Of a stretch of DNA of 64,000 bases, positions 20,053 through 32,010 are shown one piece after another. The notes under the pieces were generated by a model, which saw only the letters and a program-made list of their open reading frames with translations, did no database searches and had not been told where the DNA came from. Source of the stretch: Rebecca billardiae RCC1528 (taxonomy: Eukaryota > Protista > Haptophyta); NCBI GenBank assembly GCA_965240325.2, contig OZ251242.1, positions 806,001 through 870,000 on the forward strand, read 5' to 3'. How positions within the stretch are numbered: the first letter of the stretch is position 1; the number at the start of each line of letters is the position of its first letter. Made by a program: the position numbers and the translations under genes.

Positions 20053-20408
20053 GACGCGCAATGGCGCGTGTAGAGTGCATGCATCACATGTCACATCCGT
20101 GCCTCCCTGAGTCCTCGTGCGCACTGTCTCTGGCCACCGTGGCGGGGACATCCGAGTCGGCCGCGTCGTCAGACGCCCCGCCGGATCGGCGTCCGCGGCG
20201 CGCAGAAAGAAGGGCGCAGTCGTAGCTCAAGGCTGCTGTTCACAGCGTGTGCGCAGCACGGAACAAATATGCCGCCGCCGCCCGGCGCGCGGCGGCGGCG
20301 CTCGAGTGCAGCTTGGTGCGTGCGGACGAAGAGAGTCACCCCCCGCCGCCGGCGCGGCACGCCGAGCTCCGAATCTCTGGGAACTGAATAACGGACTCGG
20401 CGCGCCGT

Positions 20409-22548
20409 CTACTTGCGCGGGTCGAGGATGGCGATCTCCTCGGGCAGGAAGAGGCGCGGCACGATGTACAGGCGCACCGGCACGAGCGCGGCGATGAGGA
20501 ACGGCATCGCGCCGCCCGCGCCGACGTACCGCAGCAGCACGATGATGACGAAGCACACGACCTGCAAGAGCGTGAACTTGTGGATCGTGCGCTCCTCCAG
20601 CTCCTCCACCCAGTCCTCGTCCGGCCAGCGGTCCTTCTCAAACGTGAAGAAGAGGAACATGCGCGTGAACATGTTGTTGCCGCGGATCGACGACATGCCG
20701 AGGTAGAGGAAGATGCCGATGATCAGGTACTGCGGCACGAGCTTGAGCAGCGGCGTGAGCGCGAGCGAGACGAACATGAAGAGGTGCACGACCAGGTGCG
20801 TCACGCGCGTCTCGATGATGCCGACGATGCGCGTGTCGCGGTTGCCCTCCTCGTCCTCGAAGGTCTCGTACTGCGTGAGCGCGATCACGTGGGCGAGCGA
20901 GCGCACGGTCGCCGCGTGCGTGAAGGGCAGGCCCAACACCGAGAGCAGCGGGTACATGCCCGCGCCGCAGACGAACAGGTCGAGGTGGTAGCCTGCGGCG
21001 GGCGGAGGGCGGAGCGAGCAGGCGGCGCGGCGGCGGCGGCGCGCACGCGGCGGGCGCGCGTGAGCGCGGCTCGCCTCGCCTCCCCTCGCGCACGGGCGAT
21101 GGCGCCGAGGGCGAGGCGCGCGCGCGCGCGCGCGGAGGGGGCGGGGGGCACGCACCGGGCGACTTCTTGAAGAGGCGCTCCTTCTTGTTCACGATCACCT
21201 CCGTGAGGTTCTGGTCGAGGTAGCCGAGGATGGTGAGGCCGAGCGCGAACGGGCACGCGAGGAACACGCCCCAGAACGGGAACTCGGTCTCGATGCCGGA
21301 CGGGTCGACGACCCACGGGCGCGGCTGGCCGTTGGAGAGGGTGAGCGTCGGGCGCACCGACTCGGGCACGTTGAGGAACTGCAGGTCGGTGATCCCCATC
21401 GCGGGGATGACGAGGTTGGTGATGAGCGTGCCGAGGAAGATCACGATCACGACGCCGTAGTTCGAGATGTGCTTGCGCCAGGTCTTGTTGAACCAGTCGG
21501 ACGCGCGGAGCTCGCGGAACTTGACGCACGAGATGTACGTGCACGCGGTGAGGATCGCCGAGAAGAGCTGCGTGCCGAGCGTGCGGTCCGAGAGGAAGAT
21601 GTTCACGATGGCCGTGAGCGCGGCGGCGATCTCGAGCACCGAGACGATCGACGAGAAGATCTCCTCCGTGAAGATGGTCACGTACTTCATCAGCGCGGAC
21701 CAGTCGAAGACGGCGCACGCGACGGTGAAGAGCGCCGTCCACATGCCCTGCCACCAGCGCGCCGGGAGGAACTCGAGGCCGACCTGCTGGCAGACCTGGT
21801 AGAAGACGATGGTGTACGCGAGCTCGGGGCCTGTCGCGCCCATGATGGTGAGCGGCTGCCCCGAGAAGAGCGCGTAGATCACGCCGCAGATCGCCGTCGA
21901 GATGACCATCTCGATGATGCCGACCTGGCCCTCGGTGGCGATGTCGAAGAGCGCGCCGAAGGCGAGCGCGGGCGCGTAGCACGCGAAGAAGAGGAAGATC
22001 GTCGCCGGCGCGACCATCGCAAAGTTGCCGTTCGTGAACGCCTCCGTGTAGTCCGAGAGGTATGTCTTCGGGTTCATGCGCCGCTTGATGTCGATCATCA
22101 GGCCGCCGAACGCCCACTTGCCCGACCACTCGAGGGGCCCCGGCATGCCGTCGCCGTCCCACGGGTTCGCGATTGTGATCATCGGCACGTCCGCCTCGAC
22201 GTCGCGGCCCGCCGCCTTGCCAACATCCTTGCCGTTGCCGCCGGGCGTCGGGTCGACGTGCACCTGGTTGCTGTTGATCGGCTCGCGATCGCCCGTCCCC
22301 TTGGGCGTGCGCGCCGCCGACGGCCCTCGTGAGCCCTTCGGCGAGCCGCCGCGCGAGCCGGGCTTCGACGTCGGGCGCGAGGTCATTCGCGACGCCGCCT
22401 TGGATGCCGCTCGTGAGCCCTGGCGCGACTGCTCGCGCGAGCGCGCGTACTGCGGCGTGTGCTCGGGGAGCGGCAGGTGGTCGGCTGCGGGGACCGGGTT
22501 CTTGCGCCGGTAGTCGTCAACCGCATCATCGTACGGGATGTCACCCAT
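20409..22548 (-). CDS. SLC4-family bicarbonate/borate transporter; exons 22548-21156 and 20992-20409
   Basis: Motifs IFLFFACYAPALAFG, FSGQPLTIMGATGP, FTEEIFS, YLDQNLT, K..GYHLDL, GLPFTHAATVRSLAHV, IETRVT, GIFLYLG; GT-AG intron 21155-20993 joins the frames. Confidence 0.92.
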
Positions 22549-23414
22549 GGTGGTGCACGCGCTGAGGTCTGCGGCCGCGCGCAGGGGCGCGCGCGCGATC
22601 GCGCGCGCACAGGCGGCGGGGCGGCGGGCGAGGCTCGGCGGGTGAGCAGCGGGCACGCGGGAGGGCGGGATACTCCCACAGATGGCGCGCGCGCGCGCGC
22701 GCGCGCGCGCGCTGGGCGCGGCGTGCGCGCCGCGCGCGTCGTACCGCCTCGGGGCCGCGAGGGATTGCCAAGCCGTCGCTCTCCCGCACGGACGGGTGGG
22801 CGCAAAGCGAAATGTGCGAGCCCGAAAGTAGGGATGTTGGCGCGGCCTGATTGTGCATCTCAGCTTCGCTGGGGCGCGGCACAAGCTTCTCATTGCCTGG
22901 AGATCGGCGGCGAGATTGCAAAAAATGCCGGTGCAGCGCAGAATCTTTGGTGAATCTTTGCATCCTCGAGCCTTCGACGGGCGAAGGGCTTTCCATGTGC
23001 CGAAACAGAGCCCCGGATTGATCGCGTTCTACTACGGGCACGAATAGGAAACAACCGACACAAAATTACCCGAGGCCAAAAATCTTCGAACAAGATGCGC
23101 CGGTTTCAATACGTCGTTACATGACGTGAACCGCTTTCTCCGTGTGTGAAGCGTGTTGATTAAACATCTTTTCGGTGCTCAACGTAATCATCTATTGGGG
23201 AATCGCAACAACGGCACAACCGGATTCTCCCCCACCTATATCATCACTAGGGCGATTGGCACTCACATGGGTGATGACAGATGGCTGATGAATTACATCA
23301 GTACGGCGCGTCAAACTGGGTACATTCGGTTGACATAACCACCCTGCTCATCAAAAACTGCCTGCCAACTCGCAACACGCGTCGTGGTGAAACCAGCTCA
23401 TGGCCGCATGGCCA

Positions 23415-25641
23415 TCACTTCGGCCGCTCGATCTGGTACAGGCGCGTGTACTTGTCCGTCAGGTACTCGATGAGGTACTGCGGCTTGAGCGGCTCGCCCA
23501 CTGCCTCGGTGAGGAGCGCATCCATCGACGTTGGCACCGAGCCACGCTTGTGCACCTGCGCGCACCGCATTCGCGCATCGGATTATAGGACGGGCGACGG
23601 CACCGCCGAGTGCGCACAGTGAATGGGCGTTGGCAGCGTGGCTCGAATCCGCGCAGATCGACCGCGTTCCCAGCCCCGCGGACCCACCGCCGCTCCCCCC
23701 CCCTCGCCGCTCGGCCGCGCGCGTCGCACGGCGCCGCTGCCGTGCCGCACCTTCTCCCCGAGCCAAGCCCTGATCGGCGCAAAGTCGCCCGCCGCCACCT
23801 TGGCGTCGATGTCGGGCATGTCGCGCCGAATGTGATGCGCCAGCTGGGCAGCCATCATCGCCCCGAGCAGGTACGTGGGGAAGTAGCCGATGGCCAGCCC
23901 CGACCTGGCGGGCGCGCGCCGCGGCGGCGCGGCGGCGGCGTGCACGACGGCTCAGCCGCGCGAGATCCGCCATGCGCGCAGCGCAGCCCGCAGGCGGCGC
24001 GCGCGCGCGTGCGCGCGCGCGCGCACCAGTGTACGTCCTGTAGACAGCCGCGCCGGTCATCCGGCACCTCCACGCCCAGCAGCTCGCGCATCTTGGCGCT
24101 CCAGACCGCGGGCAGCTCGTCGACGCTCATGTCCCCGTGCAGCAGCGCGCGCTCGATCTCAAAGCGCATGATGACGTGCATCGGGTACGTGAGCTCGTCC
24201 GCTTCGACACGGATCAGTGACGGCCGCACTCGGTTCGTCGCGCCATAGAGCGCGTTCGCGTCCGAGCCCACGCCGAGGTGCTTGCTCAGCTTGGGCGCGG
24301 CGTACTGCCAAAAGGGCGAGGAGAGACCGATGTGCCGCTCCCAGAACAGGCTCTGCGACTCGTGCACGCCCATCGACAGCGCCTCGTCGATGGGCAGCCC
24401 CGAGCGCCCGAGCGCACTCTCATACAGGGCATGGCCCGTCTCATGCACCGAGCCAGCGAGACCTTGATACCTGCCGCGCGGCGCGCGAGCGGAGCGCGGC
24501 GCGGCGCGGCGCGGGGCGAGGCCGTCAGCGCGTAGTCACGAGCGCGACGCGCGCGCCAGCGGCCGCGCGGCGCGGCGGCGCGCGGGCAGCCGGAGCGCGC
24601 GCGCGCGCGCGCGCGCGCACCACTCGTCCTCGCGGAAGCGCGAGGTGATCCGAACATCGGCGGGCGAGAACGATGTCGTGAACGGGTGGACTGACACGTC
24701 GACGCGGCCGTGCGAAAAGCCGAGCTCGCGGACGATCTCCTTGTTGAGCGCCTCCTGCGCGGTGATGGCGAACGGCTTGGCCGCGCTGAGCGGCTCGGCG
24801 GCCGGCGCGTGCTTCGAGGCGAGCACGGCCGCGATCAGCGGTTTGAGCGCTTCGCGCGTCGCGCTGAAGAGCTCCTGCAGCCGCGCCGCCGTCATCCCCG
24901 GCTCAAACTCGGCCATGCACACGTCGTACAGCTGCGGGCGGCGGGGGCACGCGGCGTGCGCGCGGCGGGCGGGTGGGCACGCGCCGCCGCCGCGCGCGCG
25001 GGGGCGCGCGCAGCTCCCGGACTCGCGCGCGCGCGCGCGCGCCTCCGCACCTCCTTCTCATCGCGACGCGTGCAGCGCGCGACCTCTGCGGCCGTCTCGA
25101 AGCAGTCGGCGAGCACCGGCTTGAAGGCGGCGAAGTCGTTGTCGGCGCGCGCCTTGGCCCACGCGGCGTACGCGGCGGATGCGAGCTTCGCCTTCTTCTC
25201 CGCCAGCGCCGCGGGGATCTTCGTGTTGCGGTCAAACTGCCGCCGCGCCTCGCGCAGCACAGCGCTCGCGACCGGATCGGTCGGCCCAGCCGCCTCCGCC
25301 TGCGCGATGAGCTCGCCGAGGCCGGCGTCGGTCTCGCGCTCGTGCACCACGGCGGCGAGCGCGGCCAGCTGCTCCCCCCGCTCCTCGTGCGCCGGCTCCA
25401 CGTCCGGCATCATCACGAGCTGGTCCCACTCGGCGAGCGCAGAGACGCGCTTCAGGTGCGACACTTCCTTCAGCTTCGCCACGAGGCGCGGGGGCAGCTG
25501 CGAGAGCGCGGGCGCGCGCGCGTCGGCGGTGGAGGCGGCCGTCGCACTCATCGTCGCGAGCCCCGACGCGCTCCCCACGAAGCCCGCGGCGAGCGCGCCC
25601 GCGCCGAGCGCGACGGCGCGGCCGAAGAGCGTGACGCGCAT
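23415..25641 (-). CDS. Carboxypeptidase of family M32 (Taq-type); 5 exons (25641-25051, 24931-24621, 24470-24027, 23904-23751, 23555-23415)
   Basis: HPF, HETGH zinc motif, HESQS, IRVEADE, QDVHW, GYFPTY; four GT-AG introns give a continuous frame. Confidence 0.92.
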
Positions 25642-25711
25642 CGCGGCCGATGCGCCCAGGTCGAGCGGCGCGGTGCCTCCGGACTTCCTTCCGGACCCGC
25701 ACGAATGCACG

Positions 25712-26134
25712 ATGGCCGACCAGGGGCTCTCCCCAGAAGAGAGAACGCGCGTCGAGATCGCGGCGCGCTACTACCTCTCGAATGGGCCGTCATTCGAGCA
25801 GATGATTCGCGACAAGAAGCGGGACGACCCGTCGTTCGCCTGGTTCTTCGACCCGTCGTCGCCCGGCTATCGGCACTACCAGCGCTGCGTCGCGCCCCAG
25901 CAGGCGGACGCTGCGGCCCCGCCGGCTTCACTAGACTTGGTCCCAGCGGGCGTGCTGGCAACTCTGGTCGCGCACGCGCGCCATGCGAATCCGGGCTGGA
26001 CGCCGTACGGCCCGCTCGACGCGGAGACAGTGGCACGCTTCATGCACAGCCTGCCGCCTCCGGAGTACACCCAGCCCTCGGCGGCCGTGCTGGCCGCCCT
26101 GAGCCGCTACGACGCTGGTGGTTGGCCCGACTGA
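25712..26134 (+). CDS. Small SURP/SWAP-domain protein
   Basis: EIAARYYLSNGPSFEQMIRDKKRDDPSFAWFFDPSSPGYRHY resembles the SURP consensus. Confidence 0.75.
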   Translation: MADQGLSPEERTRVEIAARYYLSNGPSFEQMIRDKKRDDPSFAWFFDPSSPGYRHYQRCVAPQQADAAAPPASLDLVPAGVLATLVAHARHANPGWTPYGPLDAETVARFMHSLPPPEYTQPSAAVLAALSRYDAGGWPD

Positions 26135-26582
26135 GCGGACGACGATGGTGTTGGAGCCTTGGCGCGGCATTCGCGGTATGTATGTGACCGAGCGATCGCG
26201 GTGTCGGCACTGGCCGGATGCGGACCATCAGACCGGGCCGCAGTCTGCCGACGACCCACTCACTGGCGCGCGTCTCGTCGCCGCTTGGCAAAGTCGTCGC
26301 TTCGTCGCCTTCGGCTTCGACGGCTTATTCAGATGTCCGGAGTGCTGCGACGCGCATCGGCATATATCGGCTGACTCTGATAATGCATCGAAGCAGTCGT
26401 CGCGTCGACCATACTGTCACGTACTCGGTCAAGAGTGTCATCTGCTCAAACTCTGAGACTCGTCGCCTGCCCCGGCCCGGCGGGATATAGTCGTATGATT
26501 ATGAAAGTTCTAGACAACGGCAACTTGGCTTACGGCAAAGGTGAGGCCGGTAGGCAGCACTTATCGCTTACTCTACTCCCGC

Positions 26583-28145
26583 CTAGGCACGAAGCCATTG
26601 CTCGTGCGCCCGCAGCACGGCACTGGCACCCGCCATCTGCCCGGGTCGCTCGGCCATCAGCGCGGCGGAACGTAGGGCGCCCTCGTCGGTGCCATCGCCG
26701 AGCAGGTCCGCGAGCAGCAGCCAGCCTCCGCCCAGCGGCGCGTCGGGCTCCGCCGCCGCCGCCTCGCGCGGCTCCTGTGCTGCTGCTGCTGCCTCGCCAG
26801 CCGCGGAGTCGAGCAGCTCGACGGCCTCGCGCCAGCGCGGCTCCGCCTCGCAGTACGCGCGGAAGCGACGCATGTCGCAGCCGTAGACATCCTCGAGGAG
26901 CCTGCGAAGCGATGCCTGGTCCACTGCGGGCGCACGCGGCGGCGGCGGCGGCGGCGGCGGTGCTGTGAGCGTGCTTGATGCGCCGGCAGCGGCCGTTCCG
27001 CCAGCGCCAGGCGCAGGCGCGGGGCCCGACTTGTCGGCCGGGCTGCTCGGCGCGCTGCCGCCCGCGCCCTGCGTCTCGACGGCGTGCACGCCCTCCGCCG
27101 CGGCCAGCAGCACCTCGAGCAGCGTGTACCCGAGGGCACGGAGATCATCCCGCTCGAGCAGAGCACTCAGCTGCTCCGGACTCGGCTGCTCTGCGCCCGC
27201 GGGCGCGGCCGCGCGCGCGCGCCTCACGAGCTCAATGTCCTCCGCCGCCTGCGCGAGGGTGAGCGCGAAGCCGAAGTTGTCGATGCGCACGCTGAGCGTG
27301 TCGGCCGCGCGCTCGTCGAGCGTTGAGAGCCCGAAGCACGCCGGCCCCAGCCCGCGATGCGCCACGCCGGCTCCGTGGACTGCGCAGAGGGCGCGCAAAG
27401 CGCCACGCGCAAACGCGCGCACGAAGCGCCCTCGGATGGCGCTATCGGCGCTGGCCGCCTGCGGGCCCGATCGGCCACCGAACACGCTCGCGAGCTGTGC
27501 CAGCGCGCCCAGGCCGCCAGCCGGCTGCTGTCGCCGCTGCGCTGCCGCCGCCGCCACTGCCGGTGGCCAGTTGGCTGCGGTGCGCAAGCCTTCGAACCGA
27601 AAGAGCAGCCACGGGTTCCCGACGGCCGGCGGGTCGCAGCGCATATTCACGGCCCAGGAAGCGAGGAAGACCGGGTCAGCGAAGGACTGGCCGCTCTCCA
27701 TGAAGCCCACCAACGCCGACACGCTCGCGGCCGCGTCGTCGCCTGCACGGCCGCCCAGGCTGTCCATCGCACGCCACACCGTGTAAAGCCGCTCGTAAGC
27801 CGCGAGCTCCGTGGCCGCGAGCTCGCCGGCCGAGGAAATGTACTCTTTCATGAGCAGCCGCTCCCCCGTGCGCATCTCACCAGCGAAGAGCCGCACGGCG
27901 GCGCCCGAGTCCTCCGTCGTGCGCGACGGATTCGACGAGTCGAGCGGCGAGGGCGTCACGCGCGCGCCCGTGTCCAGCTCAGAGTACTCCCAGTCCGTCA
28001 CGGTGGTGAAGCCGACGGAGCCGATGAGCGATCGGATGAGCACATCTGACGGCCGCACCTGCGGAACCATCCCAGCGTGGGCCACGGCGAGCACGCCGCA
28101 GAGGATCGCCGGCGCGCGCGCGCCCGTCATCGTCATTACGCGCAT
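26583..28145 (-). CDS. Protein-kinase-like protein (degenerate catalytic loop), signal-peptide-like N-terminus, possibly plastid-targeted
   Basis: LLMKEY, VHGAGVAHRGL, IDNFGFA, DDLRALG; hydrophobic N-terminus. Confidence 0.7.
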   Translation of the reverse strand: MRVMTMTGARAPAILCGVLAVAHAGMVPQVRPSDVLIRSLIGSVGFTTVTDWEYSELDTGARVTPSPLDSSNPSRTTEDSGAAVRLFAGEMRTGERLLMKEYISSAGELAATELAAYERLYTVWRAMDSLGGRAGDDAAASVSALVGFMESGQSFADPVFLASWAVNMRCDPPAVGNPWLLFRFEGLRTAANWPPAVAAAAAQRRQQPAGGLGALAQLASVFGGRSGPQAASADSAIRGRFVRAFARGALRALCAVHGAGVAHRGLGPACFGLSTLDERAADTLSVRIDNFGFALTLAQAAEDIELVRRARAAAPAGAEQPSPEQLSALLERDDLRALGYTLLEVLLAAAEGVHAVETQGAGGSAPSSPADKSGPAPAPGAGGTAAAGASSTLTAPPPPPPPPRAPAVDQASLRRLLEDVYGCDMRRFRAYCEAEPRWREAVELLDSAAGEAAAAAQEPREAAAAEPDAPLGGGWLLLADLLGDGTDEGALRSAALMAERPGQMAGASAVLRAHEQWLRA

Positions 28146-28290
28146 GACTGAGCGGCGGACGCGAACAAAAAAAAACTGAGATCCGGGGATCCTGCGCAGT
28201 CTTAGTGGCAGCCGCATCCCGGGTAGACCGTAACCGTATTTTCAGTTCTCAGGCCCGCTGCTCGGCTCGAGGTTGAGCGGGTCCTCCAGC

Positions 28291-28752
28291 ATGTCGGAAC
28301 GCCATGGGCTCACCGACGAGGAGCTCGCGGAGTTCCGCGAGATATTCAATCTGGTGGACCTCGACAAGGGTGGGACCATCTCAAAAGACGAGCTGAAGCA
28401 GCTCATGCACACCCTGGGCCTCAAGCCCACGCAGGAAGAGCTCAACGCCATGGTCGAGGAGATTGACTCGGATGGCAACGGCGAGATCGACTTTGACGAG
28501 TTCGTGATGGTGATGTCGCGCAAAGTGCAGACCTCGTACACGCCGGATCAGGTGAAGGCCGCTTTTAAGGTGTTCGAGAAGGAATCGCCCTCCGGCTTCG
28601 TCAAGGCCGAGGTGATCGAGCACGCGCTCACCACGTACGGCGCCGATCGGTTATCCATCGCGGACGCAAAGGACCTGCTCGCACAAATCGAGCCCGACGA
28701 GAACGGGCTGATAAACTACGCGGAGTTCGTTGACATGATGACGGCTAGTTGA
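28291..28752 (+). CDS. Calmodulin-like EF-hand protein
   Basis: DLDKGGTISKDEL, DSDGNGEIDFDEF, DENGLINYAEF. Confidence 0.92.
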   Translation: MSERHGLTDEELAEFREIFNLVDLDKGGTISKDELKQLMHTLGLKPTQEELNAMVEEIDSDGNGEIDFDEFVMVMSRKVQTSYTPDQVKAAFKVFEKESPSGFVKAEVIEHALTTYGADRLSIADAKDLLAQIEPDENGLINYAEFVDMMTAS

Positions 28753-30175
28753 CGCGGGCGCGCTTGGCCCAGCGCGTCGTCAAACGGCTTTGCCGTCGCA
28801 CACTGTGAGGTGTGTACGTAACTACACGAGTGATCGCGGCAGGCCGCAGGGCCGGTAGGCTCAGGCGACAGGCTGCTACCATCAGTCTCAAGTCACGCAG
28901 CCCGCACGGTGACGCTTCCGCAGATCATATTAATACTACCGACTCAGGCGCAGTTCGTCTCGGTCATATACCGTTCAGCGAGCAGTGCCCGGTGCCTGTG
29001 TATTCAGAATCTGAGTGCCTCAATTGACGGCACTTCCGGCAGGATCAGCCGCCACTCAGTCTCATGCCAAATGAGTCCGTGCCGTCTGATGCGGCGCAGC
29101 CATCTAAGTATTATCTGAGTAGTAATAAGTAAACATCTCTCTCTCTCTCTCTCTCTCTCTCTGCTACAGTACGGCTGACGACACGTGGCACCGGCGACCA
29201 CCGCGGTGGCGCGCGCGCGTCCACGCCAGACGGAGCGTCGATTAGCTTCCGCTCGGCGATGGAGTGATGGGCGACTACGAGGGGGGGGGACGACGGCGAG
29301 GAGCGCTGATCCTGGTGTTTGTCTCTGCTGCTCGATCTGCTGCTACAGCTTGCTGACTCTGACGCCTGCCTGCGTTGCATACCACGTCGTTAATATATAT
29401 CTGCTTACTGCTAATTCAGTCGTCCGCGAGACCGGGGCCGAGTGACACCGCCAGTCAAACAAGTAGTTACAGTAGGCAAGTACCGCCACATCAGTGTCTA
29501 TAGCTTATATCGTCCGGTGGATTTGCATTTGGCATCACCTTTTTGTCCGCGCGCTGCCGCTGCCCATGTACTACTAGTATGTAACCTCGGCAATAACGCG
29601 GTTCGTTCGCGGTCGGGTCGAGCGAGATTCTACGAGCCGACGGCTTGGAGCCGAGTCGGGTGAAGCAAACCGCGTCTCGATGTCTGCTCCCAGTTCGGAA
29701 GTTATGGGCATGGCGGCGGCCGAAAAACGTGGTGCCTTAGGATGATGCAGTCAATGAGTCATTTTGGGCCCTCGAAGTCGAACCACGGACTGACGGAGTC
29801 ACGGACCGTACTCCCGGTAGCAAGCTACTCGGGATGGTATTGTTTTGCCACGACTCCGGTGAGTCACCTCTGAGGCGAGCTTACTGAGCAGTTGCCAGAA
29901 GCTGAAGCAATGCTCTGAACATGCAAGTTTCGGCTGAGCGCCGTATCTACTTGCGCTCGGTCGCTGCGGGCAAGAAGGTGCTCTGGGAGAGCCATCAGGA
30001 GTGCGCCAAATGCAAATCCGCCACCGGACGAAAATCAGTCTGCATTGAGTATTGTCTGCTCGGCACTCACTCGGCAGTCAGTCTGCTCGGACTCGATAGT
30101 CGATATCCAGTTGGATGACCGCGCTGCACGACCATGGCCACGTGCTGACGACGGCGGTCTCCGCGCAGGCACACG

Positions 30176-31813
30176 TCACGATCTCACCAGCACACGTCCG
30201 CATGCCTCCCCGTGCGAAGGAGCGGCGTCCTCGCCTCGTGCCGCGTCCGGCTCGTGGCGGAACGCCTCGCGCCCGCGCACGTACGTGCGCCGCACGTGTC
30301 CGCGCAGGCGCATGCCTGCGTACGGCGTGCCTGCGTGGCGGTGGAAGATGTGGTCCATCGCGCCCACGGCCCACGGGTCCCACGCGACGAAGTCCGCGTC
30401 CTTCCCCTCTGCCAGGCTCCCCTTGCGCGCCCACGTGCCCGCGAGCCGGGCCGGGTTTTCGCTCCACCACAGCGCGAGGTCCGCTGCACTGCGCCGCAGC
30501 TGGGCGAGGTCGTGCGCTCCGGCGCGGCGTACGAGCTCGGTGAAGGTGGCGGCGAGGCTGAACTGCAGCCCACTGATCCCCGCCCACGCGCGCAGGAAGT
30601 CGCCCTCGCCGCCCAGCCGCAGCTCCGCGGCCGTCAGCGAGTGGTCGCTCGCCAAAAGGTCAATCGTCCGCTCGCGCAGCGCGTGCCACAGGCCCAGGCG
30701 ATTCTCTGGGTCGCGCAGCGGAGGGAAGCACTTGAAGCGCGTGTCGCCGTCGGGCACGCTGGCGTCGTCGAAGGCGAGGTAGTGCGGGCACGTCTCGACC
30801 GTCAGCCGGTGCGCCAGCGCACCCGCAGCGAGCGCCGCGTCGGGCGGTGGCCCCAGCTCGGCGCGAGCGGCGCGCAGCCGCCCAGCCGCGGCCGCTGCGG
30901 CGGAGAGGTGGACCACGTGCGCTCGCAGCGCGGGCAGCTGGCGCGCCGTGTCGACGAGGGCGTCGATCGCGCGGGTCTCGAACGCGGGCGGGCGCGTGCG
31001 CACGAACGAGCCGAAGTCGCGCGGCGTGCCGCGCGCCGCCGCCTCGGCCACAAGGGTGTCCAGCTCGGCGGCTGTCATCAGCTCGCAATGCACAAGCAGC
31101 GGCAAGGACGCGGCGGCGGCCTCGGCCGCGGCCGCGCGCAGCTCGGTCGGGCTGAGTGCCTCGAAGCCCGCGGCGGGCGGGAGCGGCGAGAGGAAGGCCT
31201 TTACACCGAGCACGCGCTCGTCGCGCAGCAGCTCGCGCAGCGTGCCGTCGCGCACGCTCGCCGGCACCGCGCCGGCCCAGAAGCCAACGTCAACCCAAGC
31301 GCCGGCCGCGCGCAGCGCCTCCGCCTCCGCGCGCAGCGCGGCGGCGCTCGTGGTCGGAGGCAGCGAGTTGAGCGGCATGCACACGATGGCGGTGAGCCCG
31401 CCCGCCGCGGCCGCGCGCGTCGCGCTCTCGTACCCCTCCCACGCGCGGCCCACGCCCGAGACGTGCACGTGAACGTCAATCAGCCCGGGAGAAATGAACA
31501 GGTGAGCGTGGTCCACAAACGGGAGGGCGTGCGCCGCCGCGTACGCGCGCGCGGCGTCGCGCGCGCTCGGCTGCACGCGTGCCAGCGTGCCGTTTCGCGC
31601 GACGTGCAGAAGAGCGCTCGCCACGCCGTGCTCGAGCACGACGCTGTCGGCGTAGTGCACGGCCGCGCGGCCGTCGCCCGATTCGCATGCGCGCACTGCG
31701 GCCGGCGCGCGCTCGATGCTGAGGCGCTGCGAGCGCGGCTGCAGGAACAAGGCGACGGCGAGCGCCCAGATCGCCAGGGCCTGCGCCGTGATGATGCACG
31801 TAGTGGCGCGCAT
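30176..31813 (-). CDS. Allantoinase-like amidohydrolase with N-terminal signal/anchor
   Basis: PGLIDVHVH, WEGYESATRAAAAGG, MPLNSLP, ETCPHYL, FKCFPPLR, SDHS, AWAGISGLQ. Confidence 0.88.
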   Translation of the reverse strand: MRATTCIITAQALAIWALAVALFLQPRSQRLSIERAPAAVRACESGDGRAAVHYADSVVLEHGVASALLHVARNGTLARVQPSARDAARAYAAAHALPFVDHAHLFISPGLIDVHVHVSGVGRAWEGYESATRAAAAGGLTAIVCMPLNSLPPTTSAAALRAEAEALRAAGAWVDVGFWAGAVPASVRDGTLRELLRDERVLGVKAFLSPLPPAAGFEALSPTELRAAAAEAAAASLPLLVHCELMTAAELDTLVAEAAARGTPRDFGSFVRTRPPAFETRAIDALVDTARQLPALRAHVVHLSAAAAAAGRLRAARAELGPPPDAALAAGALAHRLTVETCPHYLAFDDASVPDGDTRFKCFPPLRDPENRLGLWHALRERTIDLLASDHSLTAAELRLGGEGDFLRAWAGISGLQFSLAATFTELVRRAGAHDLAQLRRSAADLALWWSENPARLAGTWARKGSLAEGKDADFVAWDPWAVGAMDHIFHRHAGTPYAGMRLRGHVRRTYVRGREAFRHEPDAARGEDAAPSHGEACGRVLVRS

Positions 31814-32010
31814 GCCACGCCACCACTCACCGCCGGCGCATCGATCACGCGGCCGCCATCATGGATGGACGCGGTTGGCAAGCGCAATTGGCAAGGCGGC
31901 AAGCCGGCGCACTGGCAAGACAGTGCCGGCTCTCACGCACAGCCGGAACCTTGCGCGTGCGCGCGGTAGCAGGCCGGTGTACAATCGAGGACGAACCGTT
32001 GCGAGCACAA

